From an uncultured Gammaproteobacteria bacterium (GTDB lineage Bacteria; Patescibacteriota; Patescibacteriia; Patescibacteriales; UBA12465), in NCBI GenBank assembly GCA_964616855.1, contig CAZTUJ010000001.1:192301-256300 (forward strand): a stretch of DNA of 64,000 nucleotides, in the 5' to 3' direction. A program made the translations under genes and the position numbers. Below are positions 15,946-24,456 of the stretch, in pieces (position 1 is the stretch's first letter; each line of letters starts with the position of its first letter). The notes under the pieces were generated by a model. It saw nothing but the letters and a program-made list of their open reading frames with translations, made no database searches and was not told the DNA's origin.

Positions 15946-18747
15946 ATGTGCAGTCGGACCAAGTTTTCTCTTTTTGTCCTTGCTTTAGCCCTGGGCTTTT
16001 TCTTAGTGCCTTCGGCTCAGGCGGCTGTTTGCAACACCGATACTCAAATTAATCTGGTGGCACGTGACCCCGGAGGAGCTTATATCCCCGGAGTGAAGGC
16101 GGAATTGTATTATCAGGTTATTGATGCTAATGGTAAGCCTAAGCCCGGCAACCGGGCGGCGAGTGCGACCGCCAACGCCATGACTGGTATTGCTACTTTA
16201 AAATTCCGTAATAGTGCCGCCGAAAGCGGAGTTTACGCTTTGAAAATTCAGTCAATTACCAAAGATTTTACTAGTTTTTGGTATTATGGCTTAGAGCTAG
16301 CCTGTGGCCAGCAATTAAGCCTAGAGAAGACCCTTAGTGGCTTTAATTTTGTTATTCGCGATTATAATGGCGACCTGCTTTATAATACTAATTTTAATGT
16401 CTATACTCAGCGCTACGATGTTGATGGTAATCCGATAAAGCAAACTAAAGATTTAGTAGCGACTTTAAATACTGGTAGTAGCGGCGGCGCTAAGGCCTAC
16501 GTGCCTCAGGGCAGTGTCCGCAGCCTTGATGGTAGTCAGGGTGATTATTATGTCCTCGAGCTGACGCGCAATGGTAAAAAATTTGAACTCTACGGTCTTA
16601 AAGCCGTAGACACTTTATTAACTAACGTGGAATATTATTCCAGTGCTTTTAAGGTCACTTTACGTAGTTCGGCGGGAGCCCTTTTCCCGGGAAAGACTAA
16701 AGTAGAGGTCTATGAACAGATTGTGGATGAGGATGACAACGAGGCTAAAGGAGATAAGATTGGTGAGTTTCAGACTAATGATGATGGCTATGGTATCTTT
16801 GAAAATCCTTCCGGTGTTTATGTCCTGGGAGTAAAAGGAGATAATGGCCAGTATGACTACCTCTGGGATGTAGAAATTGCGGAAGGGCAGTTGAATGAAT
16901 ATGACTGGCAGGTTGGTTCTTCATGGGAGGCGGGCACAGAAACTTGTACGGAAAATTCCAAATTTACTTTAAACTTACTGGGTGTTGGCGGTGAGGTTCT
17001 TAGTGGCTTTAAATATGAGCTTTATGAGCAAGATGTTGATATTTATAGCCGGCCAACGGCAGGCAAGAAAATCGGCAGTGGCACGACCAATGTCTCTGGC
17101 CGAGCAGAATTAAGTTTTAAGCCCGATCCTCGTAAAAATTATGCTCTCAAGATTTATGACAAAAAGGCAGATTTAGGGGAATTCTGGTTTTTTAATGCCA
17201 TTCGTTTTACCTGTTCCTATGATCGCATCGTGACTAAGAGCTTGCCTTATTTGAAAATTATTTTACGCGATGGCGCGGGTAATTTGAAGAAAGATTTTTC
17301 TTTTTCTGTCTATGAGCAGTCCTTTGATGTTGATAATAAACCGGTAAAGGATGCTAAAAAACTGATTACTTCTTTAAAGACCGGTACTAATGGGACTGCC
17401 ATTTTGTATCTCGCTCCGGCTCATGCCTATGATCAAAATAAGCGCGGTCTTTATGTTTTTTCCGCGACTTTAAATAAGAGTGTTTTTGATGCTTATAATA
17501 TTGCTGTCACCGCTGACAAGAACGCGACCTTTGAATATATTTTTAGTGACCTCTCTGTTAGCGTTAAGACGGCCGCTGGTCAGGCGGTCGGTAATAAGGA
17601 TGTGCGCCTTTACGAACAGATTAAAAACGGTTCTAGTTACAGTTTAGGCAACTTGTTAAGCAGCGGTAAGACCGATAGTTCCGGCAACTTGCATTTAGAA
17701 TATCCCGCCGGTACTTATGCCCTAGTAGTCAGCGACGCCTTTAAACGCGACAATATTTTTTGGAACGCTATTTTGAAAGACCGTCAAGCTAACCGGGCGA
17801 CAATTAGTCTTAACGTAACGCGGGTATCTTTAGCCAGCACTTTAGGTGAGTTAATGCCGGCTGGGACTTTGCTTAAAATTTATTCTTTATATGAAAGCGA
17901 GGGCGCTTATTATAAAGATAAAGAAGTGGGTAGTGTTAAATTAGCCGCCAACAAACAGGGAGAGATACAATTGGCCGCTGGTCCTTATCTCATCTCCTAT
18001 ATTGATAAAACTAAGGGTGAGTTTGGTCAAGCTTTTTGGGCGCAGAATAATAAGATTCAGACCTTGAGCTTGAAGATGGATAAGAGCCAGCAGATTATTG
18101 CCGGCCAGAAGTTTAGTTTGAGCAAACCGGCTCTTTCTACTTTAAATATGATTGTTCCTGCCAGCAGCGCTCAAAACCAGACAGTGACGGCCAGTGGCTC
18201 CTTAAATAAGCGTTTAGCTGGCAATATTCTCTTACAAGTTGAGGATAAGGGACAGGCCTGGTATCTTAATCCCAAAGATTTGAAGCGTTATTATTTGGCT
18301 GATGGTGCGGCCGCTTATCAGATTATGCGTCGCGCTGGTGTCGGCATTACTGACGCTGACTTGCGTAAGATTCCTATTGGTATCGATAATCGTTTTGCCA
18401 AGAATGATAGCGACGGCGATCTTTTACCAGATGGTTTAGAGGTAGCGATTGGCACCGACCCCAAAGATAGTGATTCTGATAATGATTCTTATCTTGATGG
18501 CGAAGAATTACGCTCAGGCTTTAATCCTAGTGGTAAGGGTAGCCTGCACTTTGATTCTTCTTTTACCAATAACCAGAAGGGTAAGATTTTGTTACAAGTG
18601 GAGAAGAATGGTGAAGCTTGGTATGTTAGCCCCCAGGATGCTAAGCGTTATTATTTAGGAAATGGCGATTTAGCTTTTCAAATTATGCGCTACCTTAGCT
18701 TGGGTATTAGTAATAAGAATTTAGATAGCATCAGCGTCGGTCAATAA
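15946..18747 (+). CDS. Large secreted repeat protein (about seven ~100-aa beta-sandwich-like modules, an Asp-rich calcium-binding-like linker and a duplicated C-terminal module)
   Basis: Signal peptide FSLFVLALALGFFLVPSAQA/AV. The recurrent signature xxYEQ..D..G/N.P appears as AELYYQVIDANGKP, FNVYTQRYDVDGNP, VEVYEQIVDEDDNE, YELYEQDVDIYSRP, FSVYEQSFDVDNKP, VRLYEQIKNGSSY and LKIYSLYESEGAY. The linker reads DSDGDLLPDGLEVAIGTDPKDSDSDNDSYLDGEE. Confidence 0.75.
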   Translation: MCSRTKFSLFVLALALGFFLVPSAQAAVCNTDTQINLVARDPGGAYIPGVKAELYYQVIDANGKPKPGNRAASATANAMTGIATLKFRNSAAESGVYALKIQSITKDFTSFWYYGLELACGQQLSLEKTLSGFNFVIRDYNGDLLYNTNFNVYTQRYDVDGNPIKQTKDLVATLNTGSSGGAKAYVPQGSVRSLDGSQGDYYVLELTRNGKKFELYGLKAVDTLLTNVEYYSSAFKVTLRSSAGALFPGKTKVEVYEQIVDEDDNEAKGDKIGEFQTNDDGYGIFENPSGVYVLGVKGDNGQYDYLWDVEIAEGQLNEYDWQVGSSWEAGTETCTENSKFTLNLLGVGGEVLSGFKYELYEQDVDIYSRPTAGKKIGSGTTNVSGRAELSFKPDPRKNYALKIYDKKADLGEFWFFNAIRFTCSYDRIVTKSLPYLKIILRDGAGNLKKDFSFSVYEQSFDVDNKPVKDAKKLITSLKTGTNGTAILYLAPAHAYDQNKRGLYVFSATLNKSVFDAYNIAVTADKNATFEYIFSDLSVSVKTAAGQAVGNKDVRLYEQIKNGSSYSLGNLLSSGKTDSSGNLHLEYPAGTYALVVSDAFKRDNIFWNAILKDRQANRATISLNVTRVSLASTLGELMPAGTLLKIYSLYESEGAYYKDKEVGSVKLAANKQGEIQLAAGPYLISYIDKTKGEFGQAFWAQNNKIQTLSLKMDKSQQIIAGQKFSLSKPALSTLNMIVPASSAQNQTVTASGSLNKRLAGNILLQVEDKGQAWYLNPKDLKRYYLADGAAAYQIMRRAGVGITDADLRKIPIGIDNRFAKNDSDGDLLPDGLEVAIGTDPKDSDSDNDSYLDGEELRSGFNPSGKGSLHFDSSFTNNQKGKILLQVEKNGEAWYVSPQDAKRYYLGNGDLAFQIMRYLSLGISNKNLDSISVGQ
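16030..18060 (+). repeat. Coding tandem array of about seven divergent ~100-aa modules
   Basis: The Y-E/T-Q...D..N/G.P signature listed above recurs about every 100 aa. The repeats are visible at the protein level only. Confidence 0.6.
18220..18744 (+). repeat. Duplicated ~55-aa C-terminal module (18220-18383 and 18580-18744) flanking an Asp-rich linker (18403-18511)
   Basis: GNILLQVEDKGQAWYLNPKDLKRYYLADGAAAYQIMRRAGVGITDADLRKIPIG aligns with GKILLQVEKNGEAWYVSPQDAKRYYLGNGDLAFQIMRYLSLGISNKNLDSISVG. Confidence 0.8.
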
Positions 18748-18748
18748 T

Positions 18749-19747
18749 ATGATGGCATCAACTCCAGTTCAATTCACTTGGCCACCGATTGGTCAGGATC
18801 GAGCCGCTGCTTTTTTAGAAAAAAGTTTAACTGCCGGTAATATTGCTCAGACCTATATTTTTGCTGGTCCGAAAGATTTAGGTAAAGCCAGTCTAGCTTT
18901 AGCCTTTGCCCATAATTTATGGCGAACAGACGGGGTGGCCGCGGGTGACGATAACTTTGAGAGTCTTAATAGTGATCTTTATATTTTGGAAAAAGAGACG
19001 GATAAGAAGCAGATTGGGGTCGAGCAGGCTCGTGACTTTATCAAGCGCTTGTCGCTCAGCTCATTTCTTAATTCCTATAAGATTGGTATTATTAAAGAGG
19101 CTGAGACTTTGTCTGCAGAAGCGCAAAATGCTCTCTTAAAAACCTTAGAAGAACCACGAGAGAAAGTGATTATTATTCTTTTAGTTGAAGAATTAAGCGC
19201 TTTAATGCCCACGATTGCTTCCCGTAGCCAAATTTTGTATTTTTATCCCGTGGCTAGTTCTTCGGTTTATGACTATTTATTGGCCAGTCTGGACATCAAG
19301 CGTTCTTTAGCTAAAGATTTAGCCGCCGCTGCTTTAGGCCGACCCTTACGGGCGCGGCAATGGGCAGAGGATAAAGAGGCTTATCAAGAGCATCTTGACC
19401 GCGTGCGCCTTTTATTTGATTTTTTACAAATATCTTTAGCGGAACGTCTGGCTGTAATTGCGGCGGCGGGCACAGAGACCAGTCTTAGTCGTGAGACAGC
19501 TGAGGAATATTTGGCTGGCTGGGAGAGTCTCTGGCGCGATTATCTACTTTTATCTTTAGGCCAGACCGACCGTCTCCGTTATCCTTTTTTATTGCCTGAT
19601 TGGCAAAAATTTACTTTAGCCCCGACAGAAACAGAACGCCTTCGTCACGCTTTGGCTTGCCTGAGCCAATTGCGCCAAGCCCGCGCCTTCCTTCAAGGCT
19701 TTGTTAATCCTAAAAATGTTTTAGAAAGTTTAGCGATTTATTTTTAA
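18749..19747 (+). CDS. holB: DNA polymerase III delta-prime subunit
   Basis: AQTYIFAGPKDLGKASLALAFAHNL (a degenerate P-loop typical of delta-prime), NALLKTLEEP and SRSQILYF motifs. Confidence 0.8.
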   Translation: MMASTPVQFTWPPIGQDRAAAFLEKSLTAGNIAQTYIFAGPKDLGKASLALAFAHNLWRTDGVAAGDDNFESLNSDLYILEKETDKKQIGVEQARDFIKRLSLSSFLNSYKIGIIKEAETLSAEAQNALLKTLEEPREKVIIILLVEELSALMPTIASRSQILYFYPVASSSVYDYLLASLDIKRSLAKDLAAAALGRPLRARQWAEDKEAYQEHLDRVRLLFDFLQISLAERLAVIAAAGTETSLSRETAEEYLAGWESLWRDYLLLSLGQTDRLRYPFLLPDWQKFTLAPTETERLRHALACLSQLRQARAFLQGFVNPKNVLESLAIYF

Positions 19748-19751
19748 TATT

Positions 19752-20870
19752 ATGTCTCATCTCAAATTATTAATCTTACTGCTCGCGGTCGCCCTCCTCG
19801 GCTCTGCCTGCACTATCTCTCTCGGCTCTGGTGGCTTGTCTAATAGTGCTGGTGTTAATGACGGTGGCGTTTGGCTTAGCGGTGACAAGGGTAGCACTTG
19901 GAAGCAATCATCTTTAATTCCGACCATTAGTGGCAAGCCTCAAAGTTTGGGCGGCGTTGATGTTAATGTTATTACGGCTGACCCTCAAGATAGTGCGGCC
20001 GTTTATCTGGGCACCGCTGGTAAGGGGCTGTACTATACTTATAATATTAGTAAGGGTTGGAATGAGGTAAAGAATTTGGGGCAGGGCACAATTAATGATG
20101 TAAAAGTGGACCCTAAAGAAAAATGTTCTATCTACGCGGCTATTACCAATCGTCTTTATCGTTCTGTTGATTGCGGTCGTACTTGGCAACAGGTCTATTA
20201 TGACAACAATCCCGGCGTCAGTGTTTCCGCTATCGCCATTGATCATTATAATAGTAATAATATTTATATTGGCACTTCTCGTGGGGATATTATTAAAAGT
20301 ATTGATCGAGGAGCATCTTGGCGCACTATCCAACGCGTTAATGAGGCTCTTGCTCGTTTGATTATCTCCCCCCAAGACAGTCGTTTAATCTTTGTGGCGA
20401 CGGTTAAGAATAATATCTACAGCTTTAATTCTAATTCCGTCACTAACGCCGGTGATTCCGCTAACGTGGAGCAGAATTTTTCTGTAGAAAATTGGACCGA
20501 TTTAAGTACAATTTTAAAAGACTTTAAGCTTGGTTCAGGTTTTCGCGATATTGTTATTTGCGCGGCGGACGGAAGTTTGTTCTTGGCAACCGATAAAGCC
20601 ATCGTGCACTCTCCTGACCGGGGTATCACTTGGGAAAACATTAAGTTGATTACTCCGGAGAAAGACGCTATTATTAACGCCGTGGCCGTTAATCCTAAAA
20701 ATTCCCAAGAAATATATTACGTTACCAATACCACCTTTTTCCGTTCTTTAGATGGAGGTGTTACCTGGACAACGAAGAAGCTCAATACTACTCGTGCCGG
20801 CTGGGAGCTCTTAATTGATATGAATAACCCCGATATTATCTATTTGGGGACTAAAAAATTAGAACAATAA
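19752..20870 (+). CDS. Secreted (possibly lipid-anchored) BNR/Asp-box beta-propeller protein, Ycf48/sortilin-like
   Basis: Signal peptide ending LLGSAC. Five Asp-box repeats are present: SGDKGSTW, SVDCGRTW, SIDRGASW, SPDRGITW and SLDGGVTW. Confidence 0.7.
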   Translation: MSHLKLLILLLAVALLGSACTISLGSGGLSNSAGVNDGGVWLSGDKGSTWKQSSLIPTISGKPQSLGGVDVNVITADPQDSAAVYLGTAGKGLYYTYNISKGWNEVKNLGQGTINDVKVDPKEKCSIYAAITNRLYRSVDCGRTWQQVYYDNNPGVSVSAIAIDHYNSNNIYIGTSRGDIIKSIDRGASWRTIQRVNEALARLIISPQDSRLIFVATVKNNIYSFNSNSVTNAGDSANVEQNFSVENWTDLSTILKDFKLGSGFRDIVICAADGSLFLATDKAIVHSPDRGITWENIKLITPEKDAIINAVAVNPKNSQEIYYVTNTTFFRSLDGGVTWTTKKLNTTRAGWELLIDMNNPDIIYLGTKKLEQ

Positions 20871-20884
20871 ATAAATATAATTTT

Positions 20885-21439
20885 ATGAATCCTTACCTTG
20901 CTGCTAAACAATCAGACTTTGAAGGCGTTCTTGATTTCTTCAAGCGCGATATTGGTTCTTTACGAACCGGCCGGGCTAATCCGGCGGTCTTAGATAATAT
21001 TCAAGTTGAAGCTTATGGCGTCATGAATCCGCTGAACGCTGTTGCTAATATCGCTGTAGCTGATGCCCGCTCCATTACGGTCTCCCCTTGGGATAAGGGG
21101 GTTTCAAAAGCAATTGAAAAGGCTATTATTGAAGCTGATTTAGGTTTAGGCGTTGTTAATGAAGGCGATAAAATTCGTCTGACTGTCCCGGCTTTAACGG
21201 AAGAGACTCGGAAAGAGACGGTAAAAAAATTGAATGAAAAGATGGAGAAGGCGCGTATTATTATTCGTCAGGCTAGGGAAGAAGTTCGTAATGCGATTGA
21301 AAAGGCAGCGGAGGAGAAAGCGATGTCGGAAGACGAGAAGTTCCGGGGGATGAAAGAATTAGACGAATGTGTAGCTAAGAAAAATGAAGAATTGAAGGAA
21401 TACCGTGACCGCAAAGAGAAAGATATAATGGAAATTTAA
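20885..21439 (+). CDS. frr: Ribosome recycling factor
   Basis: 184 aa, with DFFKRDIGSLRTGRANPAVLDNIQVEAYG and LTEETRKE typical of Frr. Confidence 0.95.
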   Translation: MNPYLAAKQSDFEGVLDFFKRDIGSLRTGRANPAVLDNIQVEAYGVMNPLNAVANIAVADARSITVSPWDKGVSKAIEKAIIEADLGLGVVNEGDKIRLTVPALTEETRKETVKKLNEKMEKARIIIRQAREEVRNAIEKAAEEKAMSEDEKFRGMKELDECVAKKNEELKEYRDRKEKDIMEI

Positions 21440-21442
21440 TTT

Positions 21443-22585
21443 ATGATTACTACTTTAATCTTCATTTTGGTTTTATCGGTCTTAGTGTTCGCTCATGAAC
21501 TCGGTCATTTTTGGACTGCCCGGAAATTGGGCGTTAAGGCGGAGGAATTTGGTTTTGGTTTTCCACCTCGGGCTTTTGGTTTTTACCGAGATATTAAAGG
21601 TAAATGGCGTCGTTTTGGTGGTAATCGTGCTTTGGAAGATTTACCGGCGGAACAGGCACCGGCTGATACCGTTTATTCTTTAAACTGGTTACCAATCGGT
21701 GGTTTCGTTCGCATTAAGGGTGAGAACGGTGAAGGCAAACAGGACCCTGATAGTTTTGCCGCTAAGTCTTTGTGGCGCCGCGCTTTAATTTTGTCTGCTG
21801 GTGTCATTATGAATGTTATTTTAGCAGCGATGTTGCTTTCTTTGGGTTACATGATTGGTTTGCCTCAAGGCATTGATGATGTCCGACCTTCAGCCCATAT
21901 TACTAAAGCCGAGGTTATTGTGATGGAAACTTTAGCAGACTCACCTGCTCAGCGCGCTGGTTTGCAGGCGGGGGATGTGATTGTGTCGGTTAACGGTGAA
22001 GAGGTAAATAGCAGTGAAGCACTCCAAGCCCTAGTAGCGGCTAGTAATGGCCAGACAACCGAATTTTTAATCAAGGGACAAACGGAGGAAAAAAGTTTGC
22101 AGATTACCCCAGAAATTATTAGTAGCACGGGTAAGCCTGGTATTGGTGTTTCAATCTACGCTTCCGGAACCGTACGTTATCCTTTCTTCATCGCTATTTG
22201 GGAGGGAATTCGCGCTACTGGTTTGATGTTTTGGGCAATTATCGTGGCTTTTGCTGTTTTGATTAGAGATTTGTTTTTAGGGGTGGGCGTGGGTGGTCAA
22301 GTAGCCGGCCCAGTGGGGATTGCTACTTTAACGGGGCAGGTGGCAGGACTAGGCTTTGCTTATCTTTTGCAATTTATGGCTTTGCTCTCCCTTAACCTTG
22401 CTTTAATTAATATTTTGCCCTTTCCCGCTCTTGATGGTGGTCGCCTCCTTTTCTTATTGATTGAAAAGTTTAAAGGCAAACCAGTACGGCAGTCGGTCGA
22501 AGTCTTAATTCATACTATTGGTTTTTGGTTACTGATTCTGCTGATTATCGTGGTTACTTATAAGGATATTGTTCGTTTATTTTGA
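21443..22585 (+). CDS. rseP: RseP-type site-2 metalloprotease (M50) with PDZ domain
   Basis: HELGHFWTARKLGV (HExxH in TM1), the PDZ-like segment SPAQRAGLQAGDVIVSVNGE, and the C-terminal LNLALINILPFPALDGG motif. Confidence 0.85.
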   Translation: MITTLIFILVLSVLVFAHELGHFWTARKLGVKAEEFGFGFPPRAFGFYRDIKGKWRRFGGNRALEDLPAEQAPADTVYSLNWLPIGGFVRIKGENGEGKQDPDSFAAKSLWRRALILSAGVIMNVILAAMLLSLGYMIGLPQGIDDVRPSAHITKAEVIVMETLADSPAQRAGLQAGDVIVSVNGEEVNSSEALQALVAASNGQTTEFLIKGQTEEKSLQITPEIISSTGKPGIGVSIYASGTVRYPFFIAIWEGIRATGLMFWAIIVAFAVLIRDLFLGVGVGGQVAGPVGIATLTGQVAGLGFAYLLQFMALLSLNLALINILPFPALDGGRLLFLLIEKFKGKPVRQSVEVLIHTIGFWLLILLIIVVTYKDIVRLF

Positions 22586-22630
22586 TTCACTTATTAATTT
22601 GGCCACTGAATAATTTTGGCCCCGAACTAT

Positions 22631-22954
22631 ATGAAAATTAACTTGAAAGCTACTCGTCTAGAATTAACTGATGCTATTTATGACTATGTGCAGACGAAAA
22701 TTGATATGTTGGAAAAATATTTAGGCGATACGGTTGTTATTAATTGCGATGTTGAACTCGAAAAGGCGGTTGGCGGTCAGCATAAAGGTGAAATCTTTCG
22801 GGCCGAAGTTAACTTGCAGATTCCCAAGGAAATTTTACGGGTAGAGAAAACGGAGGCAGATTTATATAAGGCGATTGATAAAGTTAAGGACCATCTGGAG
22901 GAAATGATTATTAGTCACCGTGAAAAGCAGCGTGATCAGAGAAGGGGAAAATAA
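22631..22954 (+). CDS. hpf: Ribosome hibernation promoting factor / RaiA family (short form)
   Basis: MKINLKATRLELTDAIYDYVQTKIDMLEKYL is an S30AE-family N-terminus. ATG at 22631 is preferred over the track start at 22616. Confidence 0.8.
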   Translation: MKINLKATRLELTDAIYDYVQTKIDMLEKYLGDTVVINCDVELEKAVGGQHKGEIFRAEVNLQIPKEILRVEKTEADLYKAIDKVKDHLEEMIISHREKQRDQRRGK

Positions 22955-22981
22955 ATAAAATTATTCATTTATTACCTGTGG

Positions 22982-23010
22982 AAAACAGACGCCTTCTGCG
23001 TCTGTTTTTT
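22982..23010 (+). terminator. Rho-independent terminator ending the holB-to-hpf block
   Basis: Stem cagacgc (22986-22992) pairs with gcgtctg (22998-23004) around a 5-nt loop, followed by a T6 tract (23005-23010). Confidence 0.8.
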
Positions 23011-23033
23011 GTTTTCCCCTTTATTTTTGCATC

Positions 23034-23092
23034 TTGCTCGCATACACAATATATAGTATAATAGTTATTAATTATCACACTATATGTTGATA
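23034..23092 (+). promoter_or_regulatory. Candidate nrd promoter overlapped by two NrdR-box-like palindromes
   Basis: Box 1, acacaatatatagtat (23044-23059), matches the published NrdR-box consensus (approximately acaCwAtATaTwGtgt) at 15 of 16 positions by eye. Box 2 is weaker: acactatatgttgata at 23077-23092 matches 12 of 16, or the register two nt upstream. A possible -35 ttgctc (23034-23039) sits 17 nt upstream of TATAAT (23057-23062), which overlaps box 1. Confidence 0.55.
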
Positions 23093-23121
23093 TATTATTT
23101 TTTAAGTAATTTCTTTATTTT

Positions 23122-24426
23122 ATGAATCAAGCAAGCGTAAATAATGATAAATACCACTTTTTGGTGCAGAAAAGGAACGGATCAGTTGTTCCTTTTAATC
23201 TGGATAAAATTGGTAATGCTATTTTTAAGGCCGCGGCCGCTACTGGCCTAGAGTCGCGGGAAGAGGCTGACAGCTTAGCTCTTCAAGTCGCTGATAAATT
23301 ATTGGCTCAGGCGACGGGTGAAACCGCTGCTTTTTGCCCCTCGGTAGAAAGTATCCAAGACTTGGTGGAGGAAGTGTTAATGGCCAGTCCTTTTCCAGAA
23401 GTCGCTAAAGCCTATATCCTCTATCGTGAAAAAAGAGCAGCCATGAGAAGGCGTGATCTTTTTAAGAAAAGAGTTAATTTAAAACCCTACGAGTATCCGG
23501 AGCTTTATGAATATGTCAGCGCCATTCGCCATTCTTATTGGATTCATACAGAATTCAATTATTTGAGTGATATTCAGGATTTTAAAACGGCTGTTAATGA
23601 AGCCGAGCGTCACGCCATTAAGCATTCAATGTTGGCGATTGCTCAGATTGAAGTGGCGGTCAAAGCTTTCTGGGGCGATATTTATAAAAAAATACCAAAA
23701 CCGGAAGTGGCAGCGGTGGGCTTTACTTTTGCCGAAAGCGAAGTGCGCCACATGGATGCCTATTCCCACCTTTTAGAAATTCTCGGTTTGAACGAAGAGT
23801 TTGCCAAGATTAAAGAAATGCCTGTCTTGATGGAGCGGGTGGAGTATTTGGAGAATGCGGTCAGTACGGCCAAGAGCGAAGAAGATAAAGATTATGCTTT
23901 AGCTATTCTGTTGTTCTCTCTTTTTATTGAACATGTTTCTCTTTTTTCTCAATTCTTAATCATGATGTCTTTTAATAAGCATCGGAATTTGTTTAAGGGT
24001 ATTTCCAATGCTGTTGAAGCGACCTCTAAAGAAGAGCAGATTCACGGCCTTTTCGGTATTGAAGTGATTAATTTAATTAAGACCGAGCACCCGGAGTGGT
24101 TTGATGATGATTTTAAGGGCCAGATTCTCCAAGCTTGCCGCCGCGCTTTTGAGTCAGAACAGAAAGTAGTCGATTGGATTTTAGAAAAAGGCGAACTGGA
24201 TTTCTTGCCTAAAGCGGTCATTATTGAATTTATTAAAAACCGTCTCAATAATTCCTTAGCTAGCATCGGCTTAGAACGGATTTTCACAGTTGACGATAAA
24301 TTGCTGGAACAGACGGAGTGGTTTGATGAAGAAGTGGTCACCACCAAGCATGGCGATTTCTTCGTGAAGCGCTCGATTAACTATAACAAGCGGAGTCAAA
24401 GCATTACCGGCGATGATCTGTTTTAA
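23122..24426 (+). CDS. nrdB: Class I ribonucleotide reductase beta (radical-generating) subunit with N-terminal ATP-cone
   Basis: aa ~13-108 form an ATP-cone (FLVQKRNGSVVPFNLDKIGNAIFKA...VAKAYILYREKRAAMRRR). The ferritin-like core has metal ligand blocks AESEVRHMDAYSH (ExxH plus a Tyr 4 residues after the His), LFIEHVSLFSQF and SKEEQIHGLFG. Confidence 0.85.
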   Translation: MNQASVNNDKYHFLVQKRNGSVVPFNLDKIGNAIFKAAAATGLESREEADSLALQVADKLLAQATGETAAFCPSVESIQDLVEEVLMASPFPEVAKAYILYREKRAAMRRRDLFKKRVNLKPYEYPELYEYVSAIRHSYWIHTEFNYLSDIQDFKTAVNEAERHAIKHSMLAIAQIEVAVKAFWGDIYKKIPKPEVAAVGFTFAESEVRHMDAYSHLLEILGLNEEFAKIKEMPVLMERVEYLENAVSTAKSEEDKDYALAILLFSLFIEHVSLFSQFLIMMSFNKHRNLFKGISNAVEATSKEEQIHGLFGIEVINLIKTEHPEWFDDDFKGQILQACRRAFESEQKVVDWILEKGELDFLPKAVIIEFIKNRLNNSLASIGLERIFTVDDKLLEQTEWFDEEVVTTKHGDFFVKRSINYNKRSQSITGDDLF

Positions 24427-24456
24427 TTCTTTTATTAATTTTAAATTATATTTTTT

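Noticed and set aside
19914-20375. 153-aa antisense ORF inside the BNR-propeller gene. Comparable nested ORFs are at 35984-36394, 56706-57158, 49504-49848, 51472-51753 and 26072-26434.
   Set aside because: These are shadow ORFs of well-supported genes with no start context, terminator or motif support. 26072-26434 also overlaps both the nrdA end and the better-supported 87-aa membrane ORF.
22583-22585. Possible alternative genetic code (UGA recoding, as in some candidate phyla).
   Set aside because: TGA terminates rseP here and murC at 62922-62924 at the expected protein ends, and all conserved proteins read through at full length under code 11.
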